A stretch of DNA of 64,000 nt from Octopus bimaculoides (lineage: Eukaryota), in the NCBI RefSeq assembly GCF_001194135.2, contig NC_068983.1, forward strand, positions 93,940,951-94,004,950, written 5' to 3'. The translations under genes were made by a program, and so were the position numbers. Below are positions 62,331 to 64,000 of this stretch, one piece after another. Numbering within the stretch: the first letter of the stretch is position 1; each line of letters starts with the position of its first letter. Under the pieces are notes generated by a model. It had not been told where the DNA came from. It was given only the letters and a program-made list of their open reading frames with translations, and did not search any database.

Positions 62331-62987
62331 GTGCTAGTCAGCTGCTTATACACATTGGTTGCTATCAGCAAAGGAGATAGTGATGTATGTCATAACCTAG
62401 TAGTTGTTGGTTATTCTGACGATCAGATTATAGGGAAAATGTACTTTATATCCTTAGAGTTCTGACACATAGCAAATTTTTTTCCGTCATTCCAATTTAT
62501 AAACAGAGTGAGACTTTCAGATGTGCTTGTCTTCTCTGTAAATTACAATTCCACAGCTTGTCTTTCTTTAATTCCATCCAAAAGATACATAGTTGGAGCA
62601 TTCCCAAACATGACATCAGTTTTGTCAAATGTAAAAAGAAGCTAAATGTTGAATCTTGACAGAAAACAAGTTTCATATGTTTTGATTTCATATATATAAT
62701 ATATCAAAGTGCCTGATGTTTGTCAAGTCAGACAATCAGATCACAATCATTCAAATTTCTTTGAATGATAAACTGAAAAAAGAAACAGAAAAACAATATT
62801 TGTAATCCTCCTTTTTCAATCCTTAATTCTCATTTTACTATGTTGCAGTAAATGAGTTATATTCAAATATGATTTATAACCATCCTTTACATGTATATAC
62901 ACACATATGCAAACATGTTTATACACATATTTATACACACACACACACACACGCACACACGCACACACGCACACACATGTATGTATA

Positions 62988-63211
62988 CAGTAATCCCTCA
63001 ACTATCATGGGAGTCATGTTCCAAAACACCTCCGCAATTGATGAAAATCCACGAAGTAGAAACAGTACTGTACAGTATATTTTTTAAAATTATTTTTGTA
63101 ATTTGTACATATCTATTTTATTATAAACGCAAAACAACAGATCAGAGGAATCGACATAAACTTAAATAATAAACCAAAATAGGTGAACCACAATATGATG
63201 AGGGATTACTG
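62988..63211. mobile_element. Tigger/pogo-like MITE (224 bp)
   Basis: TA|CAGTAATCCCTCA ... TGAGGGATTACTG|TA: 13-bp perfect TIR, TA TSD. Confidence 0.92.
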
Positions 63212-63858
63212 TATATATATATATATATGCTTTTACTAGGTAAAGATCCAGTGAAAAATTACTCAATACAAGTCAGTCTGGAGCACAATATTTTTTTTAA
63301 TCCATAGTAATAGGCTACTAAATCAGCATAAATAATCCAATATACATATATATATATATAGCCACACATACATATATACACACATGCACACACATATATT
63401 TTCATATTTTTTACTGTGGTAATTATTATACTTAGCTATGTATCTCCTCAGCACCAAGAAACCTGTTTCAGCCCCTTTCTTTTCTGCTTTAACCTCTCAC
63501 CACTGAACATAAAGCCATGACCCTTTCTACTATAGTCCTATTCAATGAAAGAATATCTTAGTCTTGTAAGTCACTTGGTAACTTCACTAGTGCTGGTATC
63601 CAAAACATATTTCATCTTCTAAAGGCAATTTTACTAAGAAGCCAGAAATCCATCTAATGGTCTACAGAGGGTGCTGTGAGCTTATAATGGTTCCTTTAGA
63701 CCTTTCTCCCAAAAGCAATAATTTTTTCTCTATAGTAAACTGATATTGCCTTCAGAAGTTGAAATATGTCCCAAACTTATTTGAACTACTCTAAAGTTTG
63801 TTTATTTTCCATCACAGCTTTGTACTTCTACTCACATATGTGTGTGTGTGTATATATA

Positions 63859-63902
<44 letters not shown>

Positions 63903-63907
<5 letters not shown>

Positions 63908-64000
63908 CCTACCGTATGTCGACCCAACAGAGCGACCAGCTATCCGAGTTGACAGTACCAGGGTAGATAAAGCAATTAAGAGTATGAAGACAGGGAAAGC
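63903..64000 (+). mobile_element. Start of a 5'-truncated RTE LINE running off the window
   Basis: ESLPYVDPTERPAIRVDSTRVDKAIKSMKTGK matches the RTE segment at 59130-59230. Confidence 0.88.

Overview
AT-rich, microsatellite-dense animal genomic DNA with five N-gaps. The repeat families resemble those of octopus/cephalopod genomes (inference from pattern recognition, not a database search). Most of the 64 kb looks like intronic or intergenic sequence packed with decayed mobile elements: tRNA-derived SINEs of several types, RTE LINE fragments, 3' ends of restriction-like-endonuclease LINEs (R4/Dong-like and Hero-like), a Penelope-like GIY-YIG ORF, four mariner copies, and Tigger-, piggyBac-, hAT- and Helentron-type non-autonomous elements. 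Almost all ORFs in the supplied track are microsatellite read-through artefacts. A probable + strand host gene is visible only as small exons: a start exon at 19422-19488 and a phase-compatible pair at 51118-51193 and 51358-51515; the product is unidentified. The most interesting signal is a set of minimal type-I hammerhead ribozyme motifs in Penelope-style repeats. The best example is a 389-bp insertion at 59269-59657 inside an RTE LINE. It combines a tRNA-like Pol III head, an (AAT)n spacer, a hammerhead core, a head-to-head inverted partial copy and a 13-bp target-site duplication, which suggests a ribozyme-bearing SINE mobilised by Penelope machinery. Boundaries of decayed repeats are approximate.
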